This document shows positions 16,842 to 25,899 of a DNA stretch of 39,789 nt, piece after piece. The notes under the pieces were generated by a model. That model searched no databases. It was given only the letters and a program-made list of their open reading frames with translations, and was not told the origin of the DNA. The stretch is taken from positions 1 to 39,789 of the forward strand of contig JBKBLL010000002.1 of assembly GCA_046296375.1 (NCBI GenBank). Reading direction: 5' to 3'. The translations under genes were made by a program, and so were the position numbers. Origin of the DNA: Alphaproteobacteria bacterium (GTDB lineage Bacteria > Pseudomonadota > Alphaproteobacteria > JAJUGE01). Every line of letters starts with the position of its first letter. Positions within the stretch are counted from its first letter, which is position 1.

Positions 16842-19800
16842 GCCCGACCCCTGTTCGTCCTGGTGCATCCCCCAAGAACTAATGTCGTGTTCGGCACACT
16901 GTGCCGCCACGTCTTTCGCCCTCGAACTTTCGGGGCTCGGGCTGGAACCATGACCCGATGTGAGTGTTGGAACAGGCAACTGACGATTTCGGCGGGGCGC
17001 CGCACCCTATCGCGGCGGAGCACCTCGCGGGGGCCGCAACACTGTAGGAGCCAAGTCATGACGAAGGTCTCTTCTTTCGCTATTGCTGCCGTGGTCGCGC
17101 TGGGATTGTCCGCGTGCGGCCAGACGACCGGAGACCGCGCCCTGTCTGGTGGCGGCCTGGGCGCGGTAGCCGGCGGCGGTGCAGCGGCCCTGACAGGGGG
17201 TAGCGTCGGTACCGGTGCGGTGCTTGGCGGTGCCGCCGGCGCGGCGGCTGGTGCTCTCACCACGCGCGACGATGTCGATCTCGGCCGGCCGGCCTGGAGG
17301 TAGTCAGCCGCCCTCCGGGGCGTGCAAAGAGGGCCCGACGCCCCAAGGCGTCGGGCCCATCTTCGTTTGGCCCCAACGTACCGCTCGAAGGACACCAATC
17401 TCCGCGCCCGGGCGGTGATCGACTGCCGCACTTCGGTGATCGCCGTCCACGGGTCGGCGCCGTTGCGCCGGGCGAGGAGCGAGGCGACGGCGCCGACGGA
17501 GAAGTCGGCCGGTTGCACCGTCGGCGTCAGATCTTCCCAGGCGAGCGGCAGCGATATCGGCGCGCCCGCCCGCGCCCGTGTCGACCAGGCGGCGACCGCG
17601 GTCGCGCCACGGTCGTTGCGGAGATAATCTATGTAGATCTTGCCCCGCCGCCGCTGCTTCGACATCGAATCCGTATAGTCGTCCGGCGCCGCCCGGACGA
17701 CGGCCGCCGCGACCGCCTTGGTGAACCGCTTGGCCTCGTCCCAGCCGTGCCGCCGTACGATGGGCACCACCAGATGGAGGCCCTTTCCTCCCGTCGTCTT
17801 GACGAAACTTTCCAGCCCCAGGTCCACTAGGAAGCTGCGGAGCGCGTGCGCGGCCTCGACGACCCGGCTGAAGGGGAGTTCGGTATCGGGGTCGAGGTCG
17901 AAGATCAGGCGGTCCGGCCTGTCCGGCGCATCGATGCGCGATCCCCAGGGATGGATCTCCAGGGCCCCCATCTGCACCAGGGCGACGAGCCCGCGGACAT
18001 CGTCGACGGCGAGGCCTTCCACCGCCTTGCCGTCCTCCTCCAGCGGTACCGTGCGAACGTGCTCCGACAGGCCGCGGCCGGGATGACGCTGGTAGAAACA
18101 CTCGCGATCGCTGCCCTCCGGGCAGCGGACGAGACTGAGCGGACGCCCGGCCACGTGCGGCAGGATCCGTTCGGCGACGGAGAGATAGTAGTCGGCGAGA
18201 TCCCGCTTGGTGAGGCCCGCCTCCGCGTAGAGGACCTTGTCGGGGCTGGTCAGCCGAACGCCGAGCCGCTCCAGCGCATCGGCCGGGGATTCGTCATCGT
18301 CGCTCACTGCCTTCTCCCGCTCTATGCCGCGCGCCGTCTTGTCCATGCGCAATCCCTGGAACGAGGCGTGGCGCAGCAGGCCATCGGCCGTCCAACTCGC
18401 GAACGCGACCTCGCAGACCAGGCGCGGCTGCGCCCAGACCGCGCCTTTCGCGGCCGCTTTGGGCACCGCGGCGAACGGCGGCGTCCCGCGACCGATCGAC
18501 TCCAGCCGGCGTCGCAGGTCGGTGGCCGTCGCGTCGCTCATTCCAGTACCGACCCTGCCCGCATAGACGAGGCGGCCGTCGCGATGGTACCCGACCAGCA
18601 GGCTCGCAACCGCACCGGGCCGGGCTTGCGAGGGAATGAAGCCACCGATCACCAGTTCCTGGCGCTGCGTGCACTTCACCTTGAGCCAATCGCGGCTGCG
18701 GCCGGGGCGATACGGCGCGTCTGCCCGCTTCGAGACCATGCCTTCCAGGCGCATGCTGCACGCCTGCTGGAAGAAGCGGGCTCCGGCACCGTCCCAGTGG
18801 TCGCTGAACGAGACCGGCCCGGCCGGTAGCCGCGCGATCAGCGCGCGGAGCACAGCCTTGCGTTCGACCAGCGGCAGGGCGGCCATATCACGCCCATCCA
18901 GATGGAGCAGGTCGAACGCCTGGAAGGCGAGCCCGTCCGGCTGGTCCGCCGCCAGCGCGTCCTGAAGCAGGGAGAAGCTGGACAGTCCGCCCTCGTCGAG
19001 GGCCACGACCTCCCCGTCGAGCACGGCCCGACGCACCGGGAGTGCCGTGAGGGCGTCCGCGAGCGGGCGGAACCGTTCCGTCCAGTCGAGGCCGGAGCGC
19101 GTGAACATGCGTACCGCGCCGTCCTTCAGGACCGCCATGGCGCGGTAGCCGTCGAACTTGATCTCGTGGATCCAGCCGGGACCGGCGGGGGCGCGCTCCG
19201 CCAGCATGGCCAGTTGCGGACGCGGCGCCCGCGGCAGCGTGGCCGGCGGCGCCTGGTCCACGGCCGATATCGGGGATGAATCGCCGGGCGCCCCGGCCGC
19301 GCTGCCGCCGGCGTCCGCGGATCGCCACACCCGCTCCCGGTCGGCGGCGATCGCCGCCATCGTCCGCTCCGAGGCGACGCTGGTCATGGCGTCGTCGATC
19401 AGCGACGTTCCCGCACCGGGTTTCGCGTGATCGTCGCGCTCCTTGATCAGCAGCCAGTTGTCCCGGCCCTCGCGGGCGGCCTTGCCGCCCATCCTGACGA
19501 GGGTCCAGCCGCCGTGGAGCCGCTCGCCGTCCAGGGTGAACTTGAGCTTGCCGCTTTGGTAGCTCCGGTGCGGATCACCGATCGGCATCCAGACGCCCCG
19601 GTCCCAGAGCATGACGGTGCCGCCGCCATATTGGCCCTGGGGGATGACGCCCTCGAACGCGCCGTAGGCGAGGGGATGATCCTCCGTATGGACGGCGAGC
19701 CGCCGGTCCGCCGGGTCGAGGCTGGGTCCGCGGGTCACGGCCCAGCTCTTCAGGACGCCGTCGAGTTCCAGGCGGAGATCGTAATGGAGGCGCCGCGCCG

Positions 19801-19927
19801 CGTGCTTCTGCACGACGAAACTGGATCCGGCGACACGTCGCGGCTCCGCGTCGGGCGGTTCGGCGGTCTTGCGGAAGTCGCGCTTGCGCCGGTAGGCGTC
19901 GAGGGCGGCGGTCGGTTTCGCCACCAT
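16838..19927 (-). CDS. ligD: NHEJ DNA ligase D (phosphoesterase-ligase-polymerase); recognisable sequence ends near 17380 but the ORF lacks a stop there
   Basis: YRRKRDF, FVVQKHAARRLHYDLRLE, WAVTRGPSLDP (PE domain); EIKFDGYR, EGMVSKR, WLKVK (ligase); FDLDP, KTTGGKGLH, IYIDYLRN (polymerase). Confidence 0.95.
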   Translation of the reverse strand: MVAKPTAALDAYRRKRDFRKTAEPPDAEPRRVAGSSFVVQKHAARRLHYDLRLELDGVLKSWAVTRGPSLDPADRRLAVHTEDHPLAYGAFEGVIPQGQYGGGTVMLWDRGVWMPIGDPHRSYQSGKLKFTLDGERLHGGWTLVRMGGKAAREGRDNWLLIKERDDHAKPGAGTSLIDDAMTSVASERTMAAIAADRERVWRSADAGGSAAGAPGDSSPISAVDQAPPATLPRAPRPQLAMLAERAPAGPGWIHEIKFDGYRAMAVLKDGAVRMFTRSGLDWTERFRPLADALTALPVRRAVLDGEVVALDEGGLSSFSLLQDALAADQPDGLAFQAFDLLHLDGRDMAALPLVERKAVLRALIARLPAGPVSFSDHWDGAGARFFQQACSMRLEGMVSKRADAPYRPGRSRDWLKVKCTQRQELVIGGFIPSQARPGAVASLLVGYHRDGRLVYAGRVGTGMSDATATDLRRRLESIGRGTPPFAAVPKAAAKGAVWAQPRLVCEVAFASWTADGLLRHASFQGLRMDKTARGIEREKAVSDDDESPADALERLGVRLTSPDKVLYAEAGLTKRDLADYYLSVAERILPHVAGRPLSLVRCPEGSDRECFYQRHPGRGLSEHVRTVPLEEDGKAVEGLAVDDVRGLVALVQMGALEIHPWGSRIDAPDRPDRLIFDLDPDTELPFSRVVEAAHALRSFLVDLGLESFVKTTGGKGLHLVVPIVRRHGWDEAKRFTKAVAAAVVRAAPDDYTDSMSKQRRRGKIYIDYLRNDRGATAVAAWSTRARAGAPISLPLAWEDLTPTVQPADFSVGAVASLLARRNGADPWTAITEVRQSITARARRLVSFERYVGAKRRWARRLGASGPLCTPRRAADYLQAGRPRSTSSRVVRAPAAAPAAPPSTAPVPTLPPVRAAAPPPATAPRPPPDRARSPVVWPHADNPSATTAAIAKEETFVMTWLLQCCGPREVLRRDRVRRPAEIVSCLFQHSHRVMVPARAPKVRGRKTWRHSVPNTTLVLGGCTRTNRGRA
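16944..16968 (+). promoter_or_regulatory. EcfG-type promoter GGAAC-N16-TGTT
   Basis: GGAAC 16944-16948, TGTT 16965-16968, upstream of the lipoprotein gene at 17058. Confidence 0.6.
17058..17303 (+). CDS. Small glycine-zipper lipoprotein (OsmB-like)
   Basis: AGGAG RBS, lipobox LSAC, GQTTGDRALSGGGLGAVAGGGAAALTGG..GAVLGGAAGAAAGALT. Confidence 0.85.
   Translation: MTKVSSFAIAAVVALGLSACGQTTGDRALSGGGLGAVAGGGAAALTGGSVGTGAVLGGAAGAAAGALTTRDDVDLGRPAWR
17331..17358. terminator. Probable bidirectional intrinsic terminator
   Basis: Perfect 12-bp stem GGGCCCGACGCC-ccaa-GGCGTCGGGCCC, flanked by AAAGA and ATCTTCGTTT, between convergent genes. Confidence 0.8.
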
Positions 19928-19936
19928 CGCCTCCGG

Positions 19937-20851
19937 TCAGGCGCTCTTGCGCCTGCGCGGCGCCGACTTGGCTGGCGCCTTGGGCGTTTTGGCCTTTGCC
20001 GAGGTCTCCTTGATCGCGGCGGTCTTGCCGCGCGGGGCCCTGCTCTTCGCCTCCTTGCCGCTGCCGGCGTCCTCGTCCACCTTGAGGCTCCGCTTCAGCG
20101 CCTCCATCAGGTTCACGACGTTGCCGCCGCGGCGGGGGGCGGGCGATTCGGGCTCTGCGGGGCGCTTTTCGACCTTGGCCTTGACCAGATCCTTGAGTGC
20201 CTCCTGGTAGCGGTCCTTGAACCGTTCCGGATCGAACGGCGACGTCTTGCGCCGGATCAGTTCGCGGGCGAGATCCAACTGATCCTCGTCGGCCTCCAGG
20301 TCCTCGATGTCCTGGAAATAGAGGTCGGCATTGCGGACCTCGTCGGCATAGCGGAGTGTCTCCAGTAGCAGACCGCGACCGCATGGCCGGATGGCGGCGA
20401 CATGTTCGCGACCGCCGATCACGATCTGGCCCAGCCCGACCTTGCGCGCATCGCGCAGAGCGTCGCGGACCACGACGAACGCCTCGTTGGCGAGGGCACC
20501 GTCCGGGGTCACGAAATAGGGCTTTTCATAGTAGATCGGGTCGATCTCGTCGGCATCGGCGAACTGCACGACCTCGATCGTCTTTTTCGACTCGACCTTC
20601 AGGTCGTCGATGTCGGCCTGCTCCAGCAAAACGTAGCGTCCGCGCTCGTACTCGTAGCCCTTCGCGACGTCCTCGCGCGCGACGGGCCCATGATCCGGGA
20701 CGATCAACTGCTGGCGCACCCGCTCGCCGGTTTCGCGATGCACCTGATGCAGGGCGAGACGATGGGTACCGCTGGTCGCCGCGTAGAGGCGGACGGGCAG
20801 CGATACGAGCGAGAGCCGGAGATGTCCGGTCCAGTAAGCGCGCGGAGCCAT
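19937..20851 (-). CDS. ku: Ku protein (NHEJ)
   Basis: MAPRAYWTGHLRLSLVSLPVRLY, KGYEYE, IDPIYYEKPY, FDPERFKDRYQEAL, VVNLMEALKRSL, basic tail; directly upstream of ligD. Confidence 0.97.
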   Translation of the reverse strand: MAPRAYWTGHLRLSLVSLPVRLYAATSGTHRLALHQVHRETGERVRQQLIVPDHGPVAREDVAKGYEYERGRYVLLEQADIDDLKVESKKTIEVVQFADADEIDPIYYEKPYFVTPDGALANEAFVVVRDALRDARKVGLGQIVIGGREHVAAIRPCGRGLLLETLRYADEVRNADLYFQDIEDLEADEDQLDLARELIRRKTSPFDPERFKDRYQEALKDLVKAKVEKRPAEPESPAPRRGGNVVNLMEALKRSLKVDEDAGSGKEAKSRAPRGKTAAIKETSAKAKTPKAPAKSAPRRRKSA

Positions 20852-20859
20852 GGCGTTCT

Positions 20860-20884
20860 AACGCCGGCGGGGGCGGCGCGTTCC
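20860..20884 (-). promoter_or_regulatory. EcfG promoter GGAAC-N16-CGTT for ku-ligD
   Basis: Exact consensus; the -10 ends 8 nt before the ku ATG. Confidence 0.75.
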
Positions 20885-20943
20885 CGCGCCCCGCCCTCCG
20901 GTTTCCTGCGCGCAGGTTTCCCGCGCGCCGGCGCCCGACGCGC

Positions 20944-21804
20944 TCAACTGCCGATGACCGTGCCGCCGTTGGGGTGGAGGACCTGCCCGGTCATGTAGGC
21001 AGAATCGTCGCTGGCGAGGAAAATGTAGCTCGGTGCGATCTCGTCGGGCTGTCCCGGGCGGCCGAGCGGGGTGCTCTGTCCGAACTTGCCCACATGCTCG
21101 GCGTCGAAAGAACTCGGGATGAGCGGCGTCCAGACCGGACCGGGAGCCACCGCGTTCACGCGTACCCCCTTGTCGGCCAGGTTGGCGGCCAGCGACCGGG
21201 TGAAGGCGACGATGGCGCCCTTGGTCGCCGCGTAGTCGATGAGGTGGCCGCTGCCCCGATAGGCCGTGACGGAGGTCGAATTGATGATCGCGTCCCCCCG
21301 TGCGAAATGCAGCAGGGCGGCGCGGGTCACATGGAACATCGAGAAAACGTTGACCGCGAAGGTCCGGTGCAGCTGCTCGGCCGAGATGTCCGCGAGTTCC
21401 TGCTGCGGGAACTGCACGGCGATGTTGTTGACCAGGATATCCAGCCCGCCGAGGTCACGGGCCGCCTTGTCGACCATGGCGGCGCAGTGCGCCGCGTCGG
21501 TCAGGTCCCCCGGCAGCAGGACGCAGCGGCGCTCTGCCTGTTCGATCAGTGCGGCGGTGTGTTCGGCGTCCTCGTGCTCGTCGAGATAGGCGATCGCGAC
21601 CTCCGCCCCCTCCTTGGCGAAGCCGACGGCGACCGCCCGGCCTATGCCGCTGTCGCCACCCGTGACGAGAGCTCGGCGGCCGAAGAGCTTGCCCCCGGCG
21701 CGGTAGTCGCGCATCTCGTCCTGGGGAGGAGGCGTCATCTGCTCTTCGTGGCCGGGCTGGCGCGACTGGTGCTGCGGTGGGACGGAGTCGGGGCGGTCGG
21801 TCAT
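20944..21804 (-). CDS. General-stress SDR oxidoreductase (YhxD/YghA-like)
   Basis: PPQHQSRQPGHE, TGGDSGIGRA, DYAATKGA, VAPGPVWTPL, GQVLHPNGG; ATG at 21804. Confidence 0.92.
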   Translation of the reverse strand: MTDRPDSVPPQHQSRQPGHEEQMTPPPQDEMRDYRAGGKLFGRRALVTGGDSGIGRAVAVGFAKEGAEVAIAYLDEHEDAEHTAALIEQAERRCVLLPGDLTDAAHCAAMVDKAARDLGGLDILVNNIAVQFPQQELADISAEQLHRTFAVNVFSMFHVTRAALLHFARGDAIINSTSVTAYRGSGHLIDYAATKGAIVAFTRSLAANLADKGVRVNAVAPGPVWTPLIPSSFDAEHVGKFGQSTPLGRPGQPDEIAPSYIFLASDDSAYMTGQVLHPNGGTVIGS

Positions 21805-21838
21805 GTGCGCCTCGGATGCTCGGATGGGACGAGCGCAA

Positions 21839-21864
21839 AAGGCCGGCTGCGTGCCCCCGGTTCC
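21839..21864 (-). promoter_or_regulatory. Near-consensus EcfG promoter GGAAC-N17-CCTT
   Basis: Plus strand AAGG 21839-21842 and GTTCC 21860-21864, upstream of the stress SDR. Confidence 0.5.
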
Positions 21865-21869
21865 GTCGC

Positions 21870-22472
21870 TCAGGGGACGAGTTCGCGAAATCGGTCGAGA
21901 TAGAGTGCCCGGGCGCCCTCCGCGGGCAGGGCCGCGAGCCGCATGTCCGGGGCGCGGCGTCGATAGGCGAGGACCCGGCGCGCTTCGGACGGCGAGAAGC
22001 CGGCCAGCTCGACCGCCTCGATATAGGCAGCGGTCTTGTCGGCGCGCTTGATCGCGGCGGACCAATCGGGCGGGAGTTGTCCGGGCAGACCGAAGCGCAG
22101 ATTGACCGCCCGACCAACGGCATCCTCCACGCCGCGATAGCCCGGGCCGAGCGCCGCCTTGAACGGCGTGATCAGGTCCGACGTCACATACTCGCTGGCG
22201 TCGTGCAGCAGGGCGGCGAGGCGCAGCGGCCGCGGTGCGGCGCGTTCGGCCGCGAGCAGTAGGTCGAGGACCAGGACGGAGTGCTGGGCCACCGTGAAGG
22301 CGTGCGCCCCCACGGTCTGGCCGTTCCACCGCGCGACGCGCGAGAGGCCGAGGGCTATGTCCTCGATCTCGACGTCGAGGGGGGACGGATCGAGGATGTC
22401 GAGCCGGCGCCCGGACAGCATGCGCTGCCAGGCGCGCGGGGGCTTGTCGGTCGGATGGTCTGGGATGGCCAA
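21870..22472 (-). CDS. HD-domain hydrolase, YfbR-like 5'-deoxynucleotidase family
   Basis: RAWQRMLSGRRLDIL, RVARWNGQT, VAQHS, LLHDASEY, KRAD. Confidence 0.88.
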   Translation of the reverse strand: MAIPDHPTDKPPRAWQRMLSGRRLDILDPSPLDVEIEDIALGLSRVARWNGQTVGAHAFTVAQHSVLVLDLLLAAERAAPRPLRLAALLHDASEYVTSDLITPFKAALGPGYRGVEDAVGRAVNLRFGLPGQLPPDWSAAIKRADKTAAYIEAVELAGFSPSEARRVLAYRRRAPDMRLAALPAEGARALYLDRFRELVP

Positions 22473-22690
22473 GGGGTCCGGTCCCGTACTGGGCTGTGAC
22501 GACGATGCGGCGCGGTCGCATTGCAGCCGCGCCGCGGCGTCCGATCAAGCCGCTTGCGCGCCCCGCCGCCCGGTGGGCGGCACTATCGTGCGCGGCACGC
22601 TCGAACGCCGTCATCGTCGTAACGAATGCGGTATAGTCCTTGCTGCGGCGGTACCCGAGCGCACGGACCGGCCGCAGCGGAGCATCGGCG

Positions 22691-23950
22691 ATGGTCGAAA
22701 CCCACCCGAGGGTCGGGCACATCTCCCTCACCTCGCATCCCGGAGGCGGGCGCGTTCCGGTGCCGATCGTCTGGGGTGCGCCCGATCCCGGCCGGCGCGG
22801 CCCGGTCATCGGCTCGCGCAGCGACCCGTCGAAACGCAACGTCATCGGTGCGCACTCCGGCTCCTATGCGCTCTACCGCGCGCTCGCGATCGCGGCGGGA
22901 CAGCTCGATCCGGTCCACCGGCCGGACCTTACCAACACCGCGCCTGCCGTACCCGTCGGACCGCATCCGGCCTGGGGCGATCCGGAGCGGATCGTCTCGC
23001 TCGACCCCTGGGGCCACATGGTCAGCGACGCCTTCGCGGAACAGCTCCGCGCCGGATTCGACATACGGCCGACCATCGCGATCACGCGGGCGCGCCTGAC
23101 CGTTCCCGAACTCACAGCACGCATGCGCAGCGGCGCGCTGACGCCCGACGGCGTCGTGCTCGCGGCCACGGGCGAAGTGTCGGTGACGAAGATCGCGATC
23201 GAGCCGGTCTGGTACCTGCCGGGCGTCGCGGCGCGCTGCGGCATCGGCGAGAGCGCGCTGCGCCGCAGCCTGTTCGAGCAGACCGGCGGCATGTTTCCCG
23301 AACTCGTCACCCGCTCCGACCTGAAGGTGTTCCTGCCGCCGATCGGCGGGCTGACGATCTATGCCTTCGGCGACCTCGCGGCGGCAACCGACGCGACGCG
23401 CAAGGTAGCCTGCCGGGTGCACGACGAGTGCAACGGCTCGGACGTGTTCGGCTCCGACATCTGCACCTGTCGGCCCTATCTCGTCCACGGCATCGAGGTC
23501 TGCGTGCAGACGGCGCAGGAGGGCGGGCTCGGCATCATCGTGTACAATCGCAAGGAGGGCAGGGCGCTGGGCGAGGTGGTGAAGTTCCTGGTCTACAACG
23601 CCCGCAAACGCCAGATCGACGGCGACCGCGCCGACGCCTATTTCGAGCGGACCGAGTGCGTTGCCGGCGTGCAGGACATGCGCTTCCAGGAACTGATGCC
23701 GGACCCGTTGCTCTGGCTCGGCGTTACCCGGATCGACCGGCTGGTCTCGATGAGCAACTTGAAGTTCGACGCCATGACCCGGCAGGGGATCGAAATCGTC
23801 GAGCGTGTGGCGCTCCCCGAGGACCTGGTCCCCGACGACGCCAGGGTCGAGATGGAGGCCAAGAAGGCCGCGGGCTATTATACGGGGGAGGCGGGCCGAC
23901 TTCCCGAGGACCTGTCGGCGGTCAAGGGGCGCGGGCTGGTGGACTATTGA
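22691..23950 (+). CDS. GTP cyclohydrolase II-like protein with N-terminal extension (URC1/Urg1-like)
   Basis: RNVIGAHSGSYALYRALA N-domain; RVHDECNGSDVFGSDICTC Zn motif; RKEGRALGEVVKFLVYN; SMSNLK; AKKAAGY; ATG at 22691 with GGAG. Confidence 0.9.
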   Translation: MVETHPRVGHISLTSHPGGGRVPVPIVWGAPDPGRRGPVIGSRSDPSKRNVIGAHSGSYALYRALAIAAGQLDPVHRPDLTNTAPAVPVGPHPAWGDPERIVSLDPWGHMVSDAFAEQLRAGFDIRPTIAITRARLTVPELTARMRSGALTPDGVVLAATGEVSVTKIAIEPVWYLPGVAARCGIGESALRRSLFEQTGGMFPELVTRSDLKVFLPPIGGLTIYAFGDLAAATDATRKVACRVHDECNGSDVFGSDICTCRPYLVHGIEVCVQTAQEGGLGIIVYNRKEGRALGEVVKFLVYNARKRQIDGDRADAYFERTECVAGVQDMRFQELMPDPLLWLGVTRIDRLVSMSNLKFDAMTRQGIEIVERVALPEDLVPDDARVEMEAKKAAGYYTGEAGRLPEDLSAVKGRGLVDY

Positions 23951-23954
23951 AGAC

Positions 23955-25190
23955 GTGCCGGTGAATGCACAGACCGAGACGGCCCGGGGTGCCGTCGCCC
24001 TGCTGCGCCGCCCGCTTACCATACGCGAGCGCTGCGGCCAGATCCTGACGGCGGGAGAGGCGGGCGAACTGCGCCATTTCGAGGTCGATACGAGTGCGAT
24101 GGCGCATGCCGTCGACCGCGTGGTCGACGAGATCAGGCTCAGCTACCCGGATCTCGACATTCCCTATCACAGCCGCTGGCGGCACTTCGTCGTCGGTGGC
24201 GTGGACCGGTGGGAGGGCATCGCGGCCGCCCTGGAGGGCGACGCCGCCGAGCGCCTGCGGACCCGCTTCGACCTGGCGGTGATCAGCGTCCTGCTGGACG
24301 CCGGGGCGGGCAGCCGCTGGGCCTATCGCGACGCGCGCAACGGCGCGCTCGTCGGCCGCTCCGAGGGGCTGGCGCTCGCCAGCCTGGAGATGTTCGCGGC
24401 CGGACTGTTCTCGTCCGACCCGCGCCGCCCGCTGCGCGCCGAAGCCGCCGCACTCGCCGGCCTCGACGAGGCGAGGCTGGCGGCCGCCTTCCAGGTCGAA
24501 GCCGACAATCCGCTGGAAGGCATGGCCGGGCGGGCGGCGCTTCTGCGGCGCCTCGGCGATGCGATCGCCTCCCGGCCGGAGCTCTTCGGCAGTCCCGGTC
24601 GCGTCGGCAACCTCGCCGATCACCTGCGCCGCCGGAACGACGTGGCGGCGCCCGACATCCTGGCGGCCCTGCTCGACGGGCTCGCGCCGATCTGGCCCGG
24701 CCGGCTGCGGATCGGCGGCCGCGGCCTGGGCGACGTCTGGCGCCACCCGGCCGCGCACGGACCCGGTCTCACCAACGGGCTGGTGCCGTTTCACAAGCTG
24801 ACCCAGTGGCTGACCTATTCGCTGGTCGAGCCGTTCGAGGAGGCGGGCGTCGCGGTCGGCGGCATCGACGAGCTGACGGGGCTGGCCGAGTATCGCAACG
24901 GCGGCCTGTTCATCGACACCGGCGTGCTCGTGGCGCGCGATCCGTCGCTGCTCGCAGAGGCGCAGCAGGTCGATGCCGAAGCGGTGATCGAGTGGCGTGC
25001 GCTCACGGTGGCCCTGCTCGACCGACTGGCCGCATCGGTGCGCCAGAGGCTGGGCCTGACCGCGTCGGCGCTGCCCCTCGCCAAGGTGCTGCAGGGCGGA
25101 ACCTGGACGGCCGGGCGGCGCATCGCGCGGGACCTGCGGCACGACGGCGGCCCGCCGATCCGCATCGTCAGCGACGGAACGGTCTTCTGA
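23955..25190 (+). CDS. URC4/Urg3 family protein (DUF1688)
   Basis: IPYHSRWRHF, SVLLDAGAG, RSEGLALAS, VPFHKLTQWLTYSL, TGLAEYRNGGL, EWRALTV, LQGGTW, SDGTVF*; start codon uncertain (23955 or 23961). Confidence 0.9.
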   Translation: MPVNAQTETARGAVALLRRPLTIRERCGQILTAGEAGELRHFEVDTSAMAHAVDRVVDEIRLSYPDLDIPYHSRWRHFVVGGVDRWEGIAAALEGDAAERLRTRFDLAVISVLLDAGAGSRWAYRDARNGALVGRSEGLALASLEMFAAGLFSSDPRRPLRAEAAALAGLDEARLAAAFQVEADNPLEGMAGRAALLRRLGDAIASRPELFGSPGRVGNLADHLRRRNDVAAPDILAALLDGLAPIWPGRLRIGGRGLGDVWRHPAAHGPGLTNGLVPFHKLTQWLTYSLVEPFEEAGVAVGGIDELTGLAEYRNGGLFIDTGVLVARDPSLLAEAQQVDAEAVIEWRALTVALLDRLAASVRQRLGLTASALPLAKVLQGGTWTAGRRIARDLRHDGGPPIRIVSDGTVF

Positions 25191-25236
25191 ACGCGGTCCC
25201 ATGAACGCGGGCTCATCAACGCGATGCCATCAACGG
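25188..25236. repeat. Degenerate 14-bp tandem repeat, about 3.5 copies
   Basis: TGAACGCGGTCCCA / TGAACGCGGGCTCA / TCAACGCGATGCCA / TCAACGG, between URC4 and upp. Confidence 0.75.
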
Positions 25237-25250
25237 GGGCGGAGTAGCGC

Positions 25251-25883
25251 ATGTCAGGAAACGTGACGGTCGTCGATCATCCGCTGATCCAGCACAAGCT
25301 GTCGCTGATGCGCCGGCGGGAAGCGTCGACCTCCGACTTCCGCAAGCTGATGCGCGAGATCGCGCACCTGCTGGCCTACGAGGTGACGCGCGACCTGCCG
25401 CTGACCACGGAGATGATCGAGACGCCGATCGCGGCGATGGAGGCGCCGATCCTGGAGGGCAAGAAGCTCTGTTTCATCTCCATCCTGCGCGCCGGCAACG
25501 GGCTCCTCGACGGCATGCTCGACCTGCTGCCGTCGGCGCGGGTCGGCCATGTCGGCATCTATCGCGACCCGGCCAGCCTCGTGCCGGTCGAATATTATTA
25601 CAAGGTGCCGCAGGACATCGCCGACCGGCCCGTCATCGTCGTCGACCCGCTGCTCGCGACCGGCAACTCGGCCACCGCGGCGATCGACCGGCTGAAGGAG
25701 GACGGCGCCGCGCGGATCAAGCTCGTGTGCATCATCGCCGCACCGGAAGGCCTGGCCGCGATGGCCGACGCGCATCCCGACGTGCATGTGTTCACCGCCG
25801 CGATCGACCAGCGGCTGAACGACCACGGCTATATCGTGCCCGGCCTGGGCGACGCCGGCGATCGGCTCTACGGCACGCGCTGA
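25251..25883 (+). CDS. upp: Uracil phosphoribosyltransferase
   Basis: [39 protein letters not shown]. Confidence 0.97.
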   Translation: MSGNVTVVDHPLIQHKLSLMRRREASTSDFRKLMREIAHLLAYEVTRDLPLTTEMIETPIAAMEAPILEGKKLCFISILRAGNGLLDGMLDLLPSARVGHVGIYRDPASLVPVEYYYKVPQDIADRPVIVVDPLLATGNSATAAIDRLKEDGAARIKLVCIIAAPEGLAAMADAHPDVHVFTAAIDQRLNDHGYIVPGLGDAGDRLYGTR

Positions 25884-25899
25884 CGGTCGGCGCGGCCCT

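Noticed and set aside
22691-23950. Calling this gene ribA (riboflavin synthesis)
   Set aside because: The long N-terminal domain and linkage to DUF1688 and upp indicate the URC1-like clade; no rib genes nearby.
25188-25236. Mini CRISPR array
   Set aside because: Units are 14 bp, degenerate and abutting, with no spacers and no cas genes.
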